Notes: a model not told the origin generated them from the letters alone. Shown: positions 47,763 to 60,235, numbered from the stretch's first letter. The stretch is 64,000 nt of DNA from Paraspadella gotoi (GCA_051294375.1 CM119271.1:16827799-16891798); one strand, 5' to 3'. Made by a program: numbers and translations.

Positions 47763-48454
47763 AGAAAGAAAAGTAGTTGTAAAATTGTAATAAAATGAAT
47801 AAGTAGATATGTTTTTTTAATAATTTTCTTGTCTCAATTTTCACTTTTGATAACCAAATAAAATTATTAATAATTAATGTAAACAGAATATTTAAACAAC
47901 ATTTGATATTCGAAATTTTAAATCAAGAAGAGAAAACATGATATTTTGATTTGCCATTTTTTTCAAAAGCACCCCTTTTCAGTTAAGTAAATTGGTATTA
48001 TACTAAATTATTTAATAAAAGAGTCGGGTTATTAAAAGTTACTTCAGGGAATACGAACAAAAATGGAGCGATTTGGAATTATATTTATGCAAACAATTTG
48101 ACTAGTCTCTTTTTTCTTCATGTTTTAATTTTTGATTCTGGCAAAAAAAAGCGTAAAAATAAGGAGCAGAAACGAGTCTTCAACACGATAGGATAAAGTT
48201 GTACTAACACGTTTAATTTTTTTTCGTACAAAATTGGGGAGGTAGAGAAAAATAGAACAAAGACTTAACAGACCAAATCAAAAATAGTCTTTTATATTTT
48301 ATAGAAAAAACGGTTATTGTACTACAATAAATACTCTGTATTCTGTAATATAAATCGACTAATAATAAATAATATTGAAATACGTCTGGTAATCTATCTG
48401 AGATGGGAAGGGAGAAAAGGGAAGGGATGTTTGAGGGGCAAGCTAAAGCTTCGT

Positions 48455-48578
48455 CGTTCTGAGGTCGATCTCTGATTGGTCCACGGTCATGGTCGTTCTG
48501 AAATCTGATTGGTCGACGGTCAGCCTCGATCTGAGGTCTGATTGGTCCAGAGTCAGCGTCGACGTTCCCAATTGGTTG
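48455..48578 (-). repeat. Degenerate 33-bp repeat carrying phased CCAAT motifs
   Basis: ATTGG at 48475, 48508, 48541 and 48571 (spacing 33, 33, 30); the first three lie within TCTGATTGGTC. Confidence 0.7.
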
Positions 48579-48921
48579 AGGAAGAAAGCGGAAGGATGAA
48601 CATTCAATGCCTGACAAAAAGAGCAAAAAAATATTTTCTTTGTCAAAAGATATTTCATTATAAATACAGAATAAGATATAGAAGTGTATTTGTAATTGTA
48701 ATTTATATATTACTAAAACTAAGGGCGGCTTTTGGCCCAGCAAATTATTAAATTATTAGAAAAGATTTTTGTTATTAAAGTGCAATTCATAAAAAAAATA
48801 ATGAAAACAAATGTGATTTTGTTAGTAATTTGATTAATTAAATTCGAGCGACGTCGATTCAGCGATTATTTTGTCAGGTATTGTTATGATTGATGCGATT
48901 AAAGCATATTAACAAAAGCAA

Positions 48922-48990
48922 TAGGGTGGTTCAAAAAAAGGTTAAATCATTTATTAACATTATCTGCAAAACTTTCTTGGAACCACCCTG
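48922..48990. mobile_element. About 70-bp Tc1/mariner-type MITE remnant
   Basis: Inverted ends TAGGGTGGTTCAAAAAAAG and CTTTCTTGGAACCACCCTG followed by TA; CAGGGTG termini with TA are typical of Tc1/mariner. Confidence 0.55.
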
Positions 48991-49050
48991 TATGAAGGTG
49001 ATTTGTTAGAATAGAATTAAAAACCAAAGCGATTATATGAGGCATGAAGG

Positions 49051-49105
<55 letters not shown>

Positions 49106-49214
49106 AGAGAGACGAGAGAGAGAGAGAAGAGACAGAGCGATAAGGAAGGGAGAGCGTTGGTGTTAATGTCTGTCAAAGTCGCTAGTTCCGGTTCCAGTCA
49201 GAAATTTTCCTTGG

Positions 49215-49257
<43 letters not shown>

Positions 49258-49340
49258 CATTTTCAAATCTTTTTTAACATAATTCGTTTTATTTTGCATA
49301 CTACAAACTTCAAAATCCACTAAAAACGATTGATTGGTCA

Positions 49341-49382
<42 letters not shown>

Positions 49383-49767
49383 TTTTGTGATGGCTTAACA
49401 ACTCGGTAAATCATTTCCTTCATCCGCTTAGTTTCATTTGTAATTATTTATTTTTTTATTTTTAATGAAATTTGTAAATTATTTTTAAATTATTCAATTT
49501 TTTTGAAAAAAATTGCTTATTTAAAAAAGCTCAAAAGCTCAACAGTGAAAATTGCTCGTCTCAATCCTAAATTTCAAAAGAATATTTGCCTCCAGGCTCA
49601 ATGGCCCTACTAAATTTAGTAATTGAATTCATATTCTTTTATTCTCTTATATCTGTTTTATTTTGTATATTTATAGATTATTTTCTTATTTTTTCTCTCT
49701 TTCTCTCTCTTTTTCTCTCTCTCTCTCCCTCTCCATCTCTCTCGTCTCTCTCTCTCTCCGCCTCTCT

Positions 49768-49808
<41 letters not shown>

Positions 49809-50115
49809 TTCTCACTCACAATCACTCACGTCTCTCTCACTTTCTCTTTCTTTTTTTTCTCTCGAGTAAAACAGTCACAACCGCTACTAATACGCTCACT
49901 CTTTTCAAGCTGGCCTTGCACAGCCTTACATCAACGGCTCCGTCTCCTCTCTCTCTCTCTCTCTCTTCTCTCTCTCGTCTCTCTCTCTCTCTTTCTCGTC
50001 GTTTCTCTCTCTGCTCGGATCTCTCTCTCTCTACTCTCTCTCCTCTTTTCTCCTCCGGTGCTTTCTTTCCATAAATCACCTGCAGATCTTTTCTTTTCGC
50101 CAGTCTTACGTTCAC

Positions 50116-50160
<45 letters not shown>

Positions 50161-50465
50161 CGCATTTACCGCTAGAGGCACCCTGCCAACTCGTATTCCC
50201 CATCCCTTACCCTACCTTCCCCTCATCTTTCTCCCTTCTCTCCAACCTGTCAAGTGGGTCGGAGCAAAAAAAAAAGGAAGAAAAAATAGTGACGTAAACG
50301 AAGGAAATTTTTTTCTCCGTGAGAGAGAATTTCTACTCATATAAACTTACTTAAAATGTAAAAAATCAAGGGAATGTTCTTTTTCCATAATTGGAACAGT
50401 TTAAATGGAACCATTATAGTATAATGGTATTATTTATACCTCTTCATTGATTGGGAAGACATGTA

Positions 50466-50647
50466 CTTCGTGGGTGAATAAACGAGACTGTGAGAGAGTC
50501 TTCATTGAAAGTTTGCAGGGTTCTGTTATGTTAATATCTTGTAAGACGAATAGATAATGATAATGATTTTTATAGTACTACTTCCATAGCAGAACCCTCA
50601 CATATTAATCAAGACTCTCTCACAGTCTAGTTTATTCACTATTAGAG
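50466..50647. mobile_element. About 180-bp palindromic MITE flanked by TA
   Basis: GTGAATAAACGAGACTGTGAGAGAGTCTT...GGGTTCTGTTATG is mirrored by CATAGCAGAACCC...AAGACTCTCTCACAGTCTAGTTTATTCAC; TA at 50464-50465 and 50648-50649. Confidence 0.75.
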
Positions 50648-51030
50648 TAACGGACTTTTAAACTTTTAAACAGTGAAGTGATTTAATGTTTTCATGAACT
50701 TTATCATCCTTTATACATTTTTGCTTCCTCGTTCAAATTCGCCTTATAACTTTCTACATTTTACCCACCTCCTGCTCCTAATGCTCTTCCTCCTCCTCCT
50801 CCTCCTCCTCCTCTTCCTCCTCCCTCTTTCACTCGCGATGAATTTTCACGCCGTCATTTATCCATCTCCTTATTCCTTCTTTTGCTCACCAAAGGACCAA
50901 AGCACCAGAGGCTCCATAAACACTGCGCCATAAATACAGCACGATTTTGCCGACGCCGGAACGAGACCCGTCTGCGAAGGACCACTGCGGTTCTTGATCT
51001 TAGAATCACAATCATCATCTCATTAATCAT

Positions 51031-51642
51031 TAAGGCGTAGCGAAAGTTACATACAAAAATTCTAAAAGTCAATTATGAACAACATCCTATCAGTGAACAT
51101 TAATTTCTAAAAAAAATTAATTTTATGTTTTTTTAATTTTCGCAGTAGGCTATATTTATATATAGTACTATCCTTATAAAATCAAAAAAATTCAAAATAG
51201 GCTTTTCTTAATTTTGATTGCAGATTTGAATTCCTCGTCAAAAGTTGATAAAAGAAAATATAAATCATTTTTAAAAATTCTTTCATTAAGTGGGTTAAAA
51301 ATTAAAAAAACTATATTTAATATATAAAAAGTTAATTTTCAGCTTAAAATATAGCTTTTTCTAATTTTTGACCTACTTCATGAAGGAATTTTTCAAAAAG
51401 AGTTATATTTCTTTTTATCAACTTTTCATGACGAATCAAAATCTACAAAAAATATTACAAAAAACTGTTTTAAAATTTTAACATTTATTGGTTTAGTACT
51501 GGTATAAATATGGCCTACTGCGTAAATTGTAAAATTTATTATAAATTTTTTTATTACATAAATGTTCATTAGTATAATGTTGTTCGTTCCTCACTTTTAG
51601 AATTTCAATTGAAGTTAAATTTATAAATTTTACTACGCCTTA
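51031..51642. mobile_element. 612-bp foldback MITE with 8-bp TSD
   Basis: Perfect terminal TAAGGCGTAG/CTACGCCTTA, imperfect inverted symmetry over most of its length, TSD TTAATCAT (51023-51030 and 51643-51650). Confidence 0.85.
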
Positions 51643-52221
51643 TTAATCATCACTCTTATCACCTCAATAATAAAAGCTTTTGCCATCACAATAATCATCA
51701 CTTTTATCAGCAAAATCTTGATCATTTTTACCTATACAAATGTTAATACTCTTATCAGTACATTTATTATTATTTATTATCAATATATTTATTATTTTAT
51801 CAATAACCTTAAAACTACAATAATCCTCTCTGTAATCACAACAATCACGATCATAACTAAAATATTGATTAAATTTATCACCAAAATCCTCAACATTCAA
51901 GGAAAAGAGAATAACTCAAACTCATTGCCTAGAATTTGGGAGCAACCTAAGAAAGTTACTGATTGGCTAACTGACTTACTGATTGACTGAAAATCTAACT
52001 GATTGCCATACTGACCGACCGACCGACAACCCAAGCACACCCTGGCGCCATGTGGCTTTCGCAAGTTCCACAGAGGCATTGCTTAGACTCTGAGCTATGA
52101 GAGTAAATTTTTTTTAGCTTCTCTCTGCTTCTCTCTCTTTCTCTCTCTTTCTTCTTAGAGTCGACGAAAAATAATCACGTTCTGACGCAGAGTCCACCTG
52201 ACCTTGATTTATTACTGCAAC

Positions 52222-52258
<37 letters not shown>

Positions 52259-53206
52259 TCTCTACTCTCTCATTCTTTTCCTCTCTCTCCTTCCTTCCTT
52301 TTTTTTTCACCAAACTTTTTTTTAATTTATTTTATCATTTTTCTTTTTCCTACTTTTTCTTATTTTTTCGCTGAATTCGGCTCGAGTGACCGAATCTACT
52401 TACGACTACATCATTGCTGACGAACAACATCATAATTTAGGAAACCGGAACTTTTAGCGAGGTTTTCGCCGGGTTTATTTTTTTTCGCGATGATATTAAC
52501 AATTTCGTACCAATTAATTAAAGTATAGCACTCTGACAGTTAATTAACTAGACGGTGAGAGAATCTTGATTTAAAACTCTCGTTTTTCTTCTTTGTTAAA
52601 AGGGAAGAACCCGCTCTAGCCTGTTCAAAGTCAGGGGAAAGATTGAATGATTGATTGCTTATTGAATGATTGAATAAATTTATATATTGATTGATATATT
52701 TTTTTGAATTTTATTTCAAGATGATCACTTGAATATAATTTTAGATACAAGCATATTATCTATGACATTCAGCGGCAAGAAACCGCAACTAAAGTTTTTT
52801 ATAATTCGTTCATCTTATTTGAAGTAATGTTAGGTAATTTTCTGTTGTTCTTAGTCAACAGAAACCCGAACCTAAAACCGTTTTATAAACTTTTTTGGTC
52901 AAGGAAAAGATTGAGTAGCTGAGGTCATTCTGCTCTCTTCGCCAGAATTTCTGAAATTGAAAAAAAAAGAAAAAAAAAGAAGAATTAAGAAGAATTTCTT
53001 TTCTTGCGTCTTTTTTCCCTTTTTAATACATTTCTATATTCTCTCGTTTCTTAGTGGAGTTCAGTTATTGCGTCCGTCCGTAAGTCTGTCGCTTAATAGT
53101 CCGTCTATCCTTACATCTTTTATCTTCCGTCTTAATATTTTTTTATATTTAATATTTTCTTCATTCTTCTTTTCCGGGTCATTTTTTCTGGTTTCCTTTC
53201 AGTTTT

Positions 53207-53248
<42 letters not shown>

Positions 53249-53342
53249 GTTCTCACATGGAGCTTTTTATGCTTTAACCTCTGTTAAAGATTTGACCTCA
53301 AATAGACCTGCCGGTTTCTTTCTGTGCATGGTCCATTGTCCA

Positions 53343-53386
<44 letters not shown>

Positions 53387-53671
53387 TCTCCTCTCTCTCT
53401 CTCTCCCCACTGAGGAAATTTTTTTTATTATTTTAGCAAAGTCATTAAAACCTATTTACATTCTCCCTTTCATAACTACCCCGTGTCCAATATTTAATGC
53501 CACACAAAAAAATAGCAAATTCTCTCATTCATTCTTAAAAAAAGAATTCAACTTCTTTGTTTCCAACTTTTTTTACTAAACTTTAAAGTTTTAGTGAAAA
53601 AAAATTAATTATTGACTGATTAGCATTCGTGGTTCGTCATAAAATTCATTCCTGCTCGCATTTCGTATTCA

Positions 53672-54398
53672 ACATTCATAATCTCAAACAATAATCAACG
53701 TTTCTTTCTCACTTTCTTTCTTTTTTAAATTGGATGTGGTCCGGTCGGTCGGTATAAAATCAAAAATCTATCAATCAAATCAATCTATCAATCAATACAA
53801 TCTATCTAAACATTCATAATCTCAAAACAATAATCAACGTTTCTTTCTCACTTTCTTTCTTTTTTTTAAATTGGAGTGGTCGGTCGGTCGGTATAGAAAT
53901 CAATCAATCTATCAATCTATCATTCAACTATTCCAATCATCAATCAATCTATCTAAAACTTCATAATCTCAAACAATAATTCAACGTTTCTTTCTCACTG
54001 TTTCTTTCTTTTTTTTTAAATTGGAGTTGGTCGGTCGGTCGGTATAAAAATCAATCAATCTATCATCAATCGTCATATCTATCAATCAATCAATCAATCT
54101 TATCTAAAACATTCATAATCTCAAACAATATCAACGTTTTCTTCTCACTTTCTTTCTTTTTTTTAAATTTGGAGTGGTCGGTCGGTCGGTATAAAAATCA
54201 ATCTCTCTTCTTTTTTTGTTTTTTCTTTTTTNNNNNNNNNNNNNNNNNNNNNNNNNCAATCCTATCAATCAATCAATCAATCTATCTAAACATTCATAAT
54301 CTCAAACAATAATCAACGTTTCTTTTCACTTTCTTTCTTTTTTTTAAATTGGTAAGGGGAGTGGTCGGTCGGTCGGTATAAAAATCAATCAATCTATG
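53672..54398 (+). repeat. About 135-155-bp tandem repeat, about 5 units, interrupted by a 25-N gap
   Basis: CATTCATAATCTCAAACAATAATCAACGTTTCTTTCTCAC...GGTCGGTCGGTATAAAAATCAATC repeated; copy number is unreliable because of the gap at 54232-54256. Confidence 0.85.
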
Positions 54399-55772
54399 CC
54401 ACTTACATTTTAAAAGTTTGTTAACTTGGGTACTACTCCATTTATTAAATTTACATTTGGTTCTTGTAACCAAATGTAAAGTACCATAATCTCTTAAAAG
54501 TACAAATGTGTCATAGTTTTGCAGACGTGAGATCAACTAAAAAACAAAAAAACAAAAATTTAATACAAAATAATTTATAAAATACTCAGTCATTTTAGTT
54601 ATTTCTTGGCAGATTAAGATATCAGTAAAGGCTTCTTGTAAATATGTTTTATATTTTTGCAATTAAATACGCGATCATTATGAAATGCATTCACAAATCA
54701 CTGTGGCGCAACAACTTTAACCTGACGGTTCTTATTTTCTCAAAGAAAATAACTTTTTTTATTTTTTTCCCCTCATTCATTTTTTCCACGTACGTTTGTT
54801 CTTTTCCCTTAATTAATCTTCCGATTTTTTTTTATGATTTATTTTCTTCCACATTCGAAGTTTCCTGCTCCTAGTTTTTCTTTTTCAAGTTTTTTTGTGG
54901 TCATTTTTCGTTTTTGGTGAAGAATCTCTGCTGCAATTATTACTTTTTTACATATTTGTACATAGATTTGTTTATAATTTATGTACTGGTCTATTTCTAT
55001 GAATTCTTATTAAAGAATTTTCATCTTCCTATCTAATATTTTTCCTCGACTTCCTATATTCTCCATTTTTCTCATCGCTTTTCTTCATTTTCTATATATT
55101 CTTATCTTCCCTCTTTCTTTCTTTTATTTTCGATATTCTCCCTCTTTTCTTCTCTTTTCTATATTCTTCCTCTTTTCTTTTATTTTCTATATTCTCCTCC
55201 TATTTTCTCTCCCTCTTTTTTTCTTTGCCTTACTCTTCCCATCATTCTCTCATCAGTTTTCCGCGTTCCCCATTTATCTTTCGTTTTCTGCTGCTCCCTT
55301 TTTTTATCTTTCCAACTTTTCTTCAGGTATTTTTTTTCTTTTTTCTTCTCTTTTTTTTATTTCTTTCTTTTTTATTTTTATTTCTTTCTTTTTTTATTTA
55401 TTTTCTTTTATTTTCTTTCTCGTTTTTACTTTTATTTTCTTTCTCGTTTCTTTTATGTTCTTTCTCTTTCCTTTCTTTTTTTTATTTTATTTTTCTTTCT
55501 TCTTATGTTTTTTTTTTCTATTCACGTTTTTCTCCTTTTTTTCTCTTTTTTCTTCATAGTTTTTAGGAGAATTTATTGAAATTTCCTCTCATGAATTAAT
55601 ACTAATAAGTTAGTATTAATAGCGTATTCTCAATTTTGTATTAATAGAATAGTAGAATCTCTACATACACATTCCTGACTAAATAAAAACGGTTCCTTCA
55701 CACAATTCGTTCCATGGTTCACTGATTCGGTCTACCTTTTTTTGCCCATTCACACCTCTCTCTCTCTCTCTC

Positions 55773-55806
<34 letters not shown>

Positions 55807-55968
55807 GACTCTCTCTCTCCTCTCTTCTCTCTCTCTCTTCTTCTCTCTCTCTCTCTCTCCTCTCTCTCTCGCCTCATTCACGCTTTCGTTCACGCGTAAT
55901 TGCCAACCCCCAAACTATTTCACCTCACATCACTTTATGTAACCTCATCTATCATCCTGTCGCGAAAA

Positions 55969-56024
<56 letters not shown>

Positions 56025-56210
56025 CTCTCTTCTCCTCTACATTGACCTAATCATGAGAATTAAATTTATATAACTTACTACCATAACTGTTTCACTAATC
56101 TATAAATTTTTATTTATACATATTTAGTAAATTATAACACAATAAATAAAATCCCATGAATTTAATTAATTTATTAACATAAAAATTTAATAAAAGAAAA
56201 ATTTAAATTA

Positions 56211-56617
56211 TTAAACATTGGCTTCTAGTCCAACGAAACGTCTCGACCAAAAATTCCTCAGTCCAGTTTTCTTCTTTAATTTTTCCACGAATTCATTTCT
56301 TTTTATTTCCTCCAATTTTGGCAAAATGACCTAAAAAAAATATTTTTAAGTAATTTTTGAGATATTTTTTTTGATATTATCAAAGATCAAGAAAACAAAA
56401 ATAACAACAACAACAACAACAACACCACCAACGAACTAAAAACCTGGATGGCCTGGAACTCGCGACCTTCCTCTTCAAAACTCTTAATGATACGACTGAA
56501 GTGCCGCATCAAAGTCGCGACATCAAATTCTCCGTAAAATTCAACATCGAGTCTTTTGTCTTCGTGAAAACCGAAGCCGCTGAAAGAGGCGAAAGTGACG
56601 CCGAGGATGGCGTCGAT

Positions 56618-56650
<33 letters not shown>

Positions 56651-57688
56651 GCCCGCCGGCTCGGCATCGGCATCTCGGACGAGAAGTTGGGCCTTGCAGC
56701 TGACAATTCCAATGAGAGGGCGCAGTAGTGGAGGGTCGAAGCTCCTACGTCCCCGCCGCCGCCGCCGCCGCCCCCGCCGCCGCCGCGCCGTAAAGCCAAG
56801 CATCTTACTCCGTCGTGACCAGAAAAAATGCTATCAACTTCGTCTCGATGAAATTCGTAAAGATGACTGCCGATGATTAAGTTTCCTTTCGGCGACAATT
56901 TTGACTTCAGTTTTTCGTCGGCAAAAATATGACGCACGAGATCGGGGCAGAGAAAGAAAGATGACGCGTCGTCGTCGTCGTCGTCGTCGTCTTTCTCCTT
57001 GTCATCTTCGTCTTCATTTTCTGGGGGTTTGTATTCCCTGAAAATTAATATTTATATCAATTAATCAATCTGTGAATGAGACAATAATCAATCAATCAAT
57101 AAATCAATCAAACTCTCCATCAGTTACAAGAATTTATCGCTCGGTTCGAGTTACACATGTAATATCTAATTCAAACAGTCAATCAATTATTCAATTAAAT
57201 CATTTAATCAATCAATCTAGCAATAATCACTTAATCAGTTTTTTAATCAAATCATTCCAACGGATTTAACAAGAGATCTTTAAAAAAGCCATAGTTAGTA
57301 TATTATATTAATATTAGTTTTTTCTTAAAAGTTATTTTCCCTTTAATTTCGCCCACTTTGGCCTTCTTCTCCGAAAGCGCTCCATTTTAGCTTAAATTCA
57401 TAACTTTTCGTTTAAAGATTGATATCGAAACTCACCTTTTAAACACGAGTCTCTCTCCCTGGAGGAGAATTTGGTGAGTGAGAGTCAAACGACGAAAGCA
57501 TCGGTTGTCGTCGCCAACAGTCATGCGAATCGAAGAGACAAAAGGACGAGACGACTTGGACAATTCGATCACTCGATCGCGCAAGAATTTGAAAAATCCC
57601 TTGTTTCTGTTTTTATATATTCACGAGAGCGATTGATTTGATTGATTGATTTATTTATTGATTTATTGATAGATTTATTGATTGATTT

Positions 57689-57727
<39 letters not shown>

Positions 57728-57856
57728 TATTGATTTATTTATTTTCTTATTTTCTTATTTTTTTATTTTTTTATTTTTTTTATTTTTATTTTTATTTTTA
57801 TTTTTTTATTTTTTTATTTTTTTTTTTATTTTATATTATTTATTATTTATTTATTT

Positions 57857-57892
<36 letters not shown>

Positions 57893-58583
57893 TAGATAGA
57901 TAGATAGATAGATAGATTAATTAATAGAATTGGTCACGAATCAATTTCCTGTATTCTTTCCGCACTCGGCCACCGATGAGGACGATGCTCTTCCCGCCGC
58001 GCGTTGCTTGGCAACCGAGGAAGCCCACGACGCGATCGTCGACAAGAAGAACAAAAGCTTCGTGATCATCCTGGAGATTTGTTTTATAATTGTATTACAT
58101 CTATAGTTATACATACATACATATACTTAATAATTTTACATAGTTGTTACTTTATTGATTCATTAAAATATTATTTTTTTTTATCAACATATTCATTCAT
58201 TCTGTTATATTACTTGTCTATATGACTTGACTAGTACAACGTCACGGACGACAAAACCTTTCAAACTTGCTGACAAATCAAACCTTTCAAAAAATTTAAA
58301 ACAATTAAATCTTTTAAACCTTCTGAACCTTTTAAACCTTTCTGACTTTTCAAAAGGCAAACTTTTTCAAACCTGCTTGACGAGACTTTCGAACTCCGAT
58401 GGGAGAAAATCCAAACCTTTCGAACTCCGATGGGAGAAAATCCAAACCGGAAAAAATGTTTTCGTTTTCGACGATTTTCAAGATGTCATCGAAATCGTCG
58501 AAGGTGGCGCGTCATTTCTCAAAACAAAAGATTGTGACAATTTTATACCCCCCACTACAAAATGCTGCCATTTGCTCACCCAT
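56211..58583 (-). pseudogene. NAT16: NAT16/histidine N-acetyltransferase-like GNAT gene, 5 exons (58583-58373, 58070-57949, 57606-57436, 57037-56444, 56330-56211), disrupted as assembled
   Basis: Spliced peptides RATFDDFDDILKIVENENIFSGLDFLPSEFESLVKQ|DDHEAFVLLVDDRVVGFLGCQATRGGKSIVLIGGRVRKEYR|NKGFFKFLRDRV...|...LSPKGNLIIGSHLYEF...KRLDVEFYGEFD...|...FVGLEANV* parallel NAT16 motifs recalled from memory (IYGGLDYLP, EGLRVAPWERGKG, LPGGTIIQDWQPY, YLNIDAFG, LLEADI*). Phases match at all junctions. Lesions: TGA at 58512-58514, 31-bp duplication, GA donor, frame change in exon 4. Confidence 0.8.
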
Positions 58584-59334
58584 AAAGATTTTTTTTATGT
58601 TTAATACTAATTTAAAAGTAAAAACCAAAACTATTTGTAAGTGAAAATTTAACTTTAATTAAAATTCTTAAAGTGTGGAACGAACAACATTTATACATTA
58701 AACAACATTAAATGTTAAATTTTAAAATAGTTTTTGTAAGATTTTTTTTTCAGATTTAGATTCGTTGATAATAACTTTTTTAAAAATGTCAAATATAAGA
58801 AAAAACTACATATTAAGCTGAAAATTAAAATTAAAGTTAAAGAGAAAAATAAAATTTAAAGACATTGAGTTGGAAAATAAAATCCCAAGAAAGAAAGAAA
58901 TAGTTGATTGCATTTCAAACATTTTCACATCCTCTCTCACGCGAAGGACTTTTGAAATTGGGTCATCTTCGACTGGGGTAAATCTCACCGGGGCAGACTC
59001 CTCTTAGGGCTTCACTCTTATCACTTAAAATATTATTATTTCTGGAGCCAAGAACGTATATTTTAACAATCCTATTAAGCATTGATAATTGCAGGTGTAT
59101 ATTATTTATAAAGTTTTTTTTAAATTCCAAAAATAAGGTTTTATATTTTGTATTCCATTTTACGAAATAAACTCATAAAACCTGATTGATAGTAAACATT
59201 TCGAAATTATTTGAAATATCGGGAATTTTGATGAGGAAGTTAATTCCACCTTATTAGACTCGCACGAACGAATTATTTAATAATGTTTTGGTTTTCTCGT
59301 TGGCAGAAAATTTATTTTTATCCTTACAGTAAAT

Positions 59335-59665
59335 TCCGGCTCTATAATTCACTTTGTCAGTCTGTCGGTCCCACCCCTAAATCTTGTCAGTAAATCACCT
59401 CAGAACATCGAATTATGATAAATTATGAATAAAAAATGATGTCCGTCCGTCTCTCCCTCCGTCCGACCCTCCGTCCGTCCGTCCTTTCGTCCGTCCTCCG
59501 TTAGCTTTGAACGCCAATTACTTATGAGTTGATGGAGGCAAATTGGAAAACGATTTTGAAGCAAATAAAAAAAAATATTAATTAATTATTTAATTTATTA
59601 ATTAATTAGCTACTTACCGCTATTGATCGTGGGCAGATCCGGCATTGTTTTCTCAAACTTGTTTA
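59335..59665 (+). mobile_element. DINE-1/HINE-like element, copy 3
   Basis: Same core and (GTCC)n; ends GATCGTGGGCAGATCCGGCATTGTTTTCTCAAACTTGTTT, the reverse complement of about 1340-1380. Confidence 0.75.
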
Positions 59666-59730
59666 AAAAATAAATGAGTGGGAAAAAAAAAGGTAGAATT
59701 AAATTTTTAAAAGGAAATTATTCATAATTT

Positions 59731-59786
<56 letters not shown>

Positions 59787-59989
59787 CTCAATGCATCATC
59801 TTTCCTGCACCAAAAATCCTTTGCTCGGTCGACGTTTGTTTGCATTTTTTTTAATTGATGAACGATGTTTGGTCAGGCGTTGCACAGAAAAAAATTAATG
59901 AATAAATATTGTTTTAACATCGACACCAAACATGAGATTCTGAGTTAAAACGATGATGACGAAGATGAAAAAGAGGAATACGACGAGTA

Positions 59990-60150
59990 ATCATCATTAA
60001 CAAGAGTAGCAAAACCAGCATCTACTTCAATGCCACTATTATCAAGATTAGCAATGACATCAGCTCCACTGACAGCATCATTAACAAGAGTAGCAATACC
60101 ATCAGCTGCACCAACGAGTCCATCAACAAGATCAGCCATTCCATCACCAC
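59990..60150. repeat. Degenerate 42-bp tandem repeat, about 4 units
   Basis: ATCATTAACAAGAGTAGCAA.ACCA recurs with about 42-bp period; followed by (AACAGC)n at about 60206-60262 and GGCGGCGGCTGA repeats at about 60375-60468. Confidence 0.65.
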
Positions 60151-60204
60151 TAACTCGGAATATCAAGCAAAAGTCAATTTCTCGATCGATAACTAAAAAC
60201 GCCG

Positions 60205-60235
<31 letters not shown>

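Noticed and set aside
48213-48743. 176-aa minus-strand ORF
   Set aside because: AT-rich flanks plus a 33-bp repeat, non-ATG start, and no splice or homology support.
56509-56937. 142-aa ORF as a standalone Gly/Arg-rich protein, or as the tail of the transmembrane gene
   Set aside because: Its first half is part of exon 4 of the NAT16-like gene and the poly-Arg half is out of frame with the homologous C-terminus.
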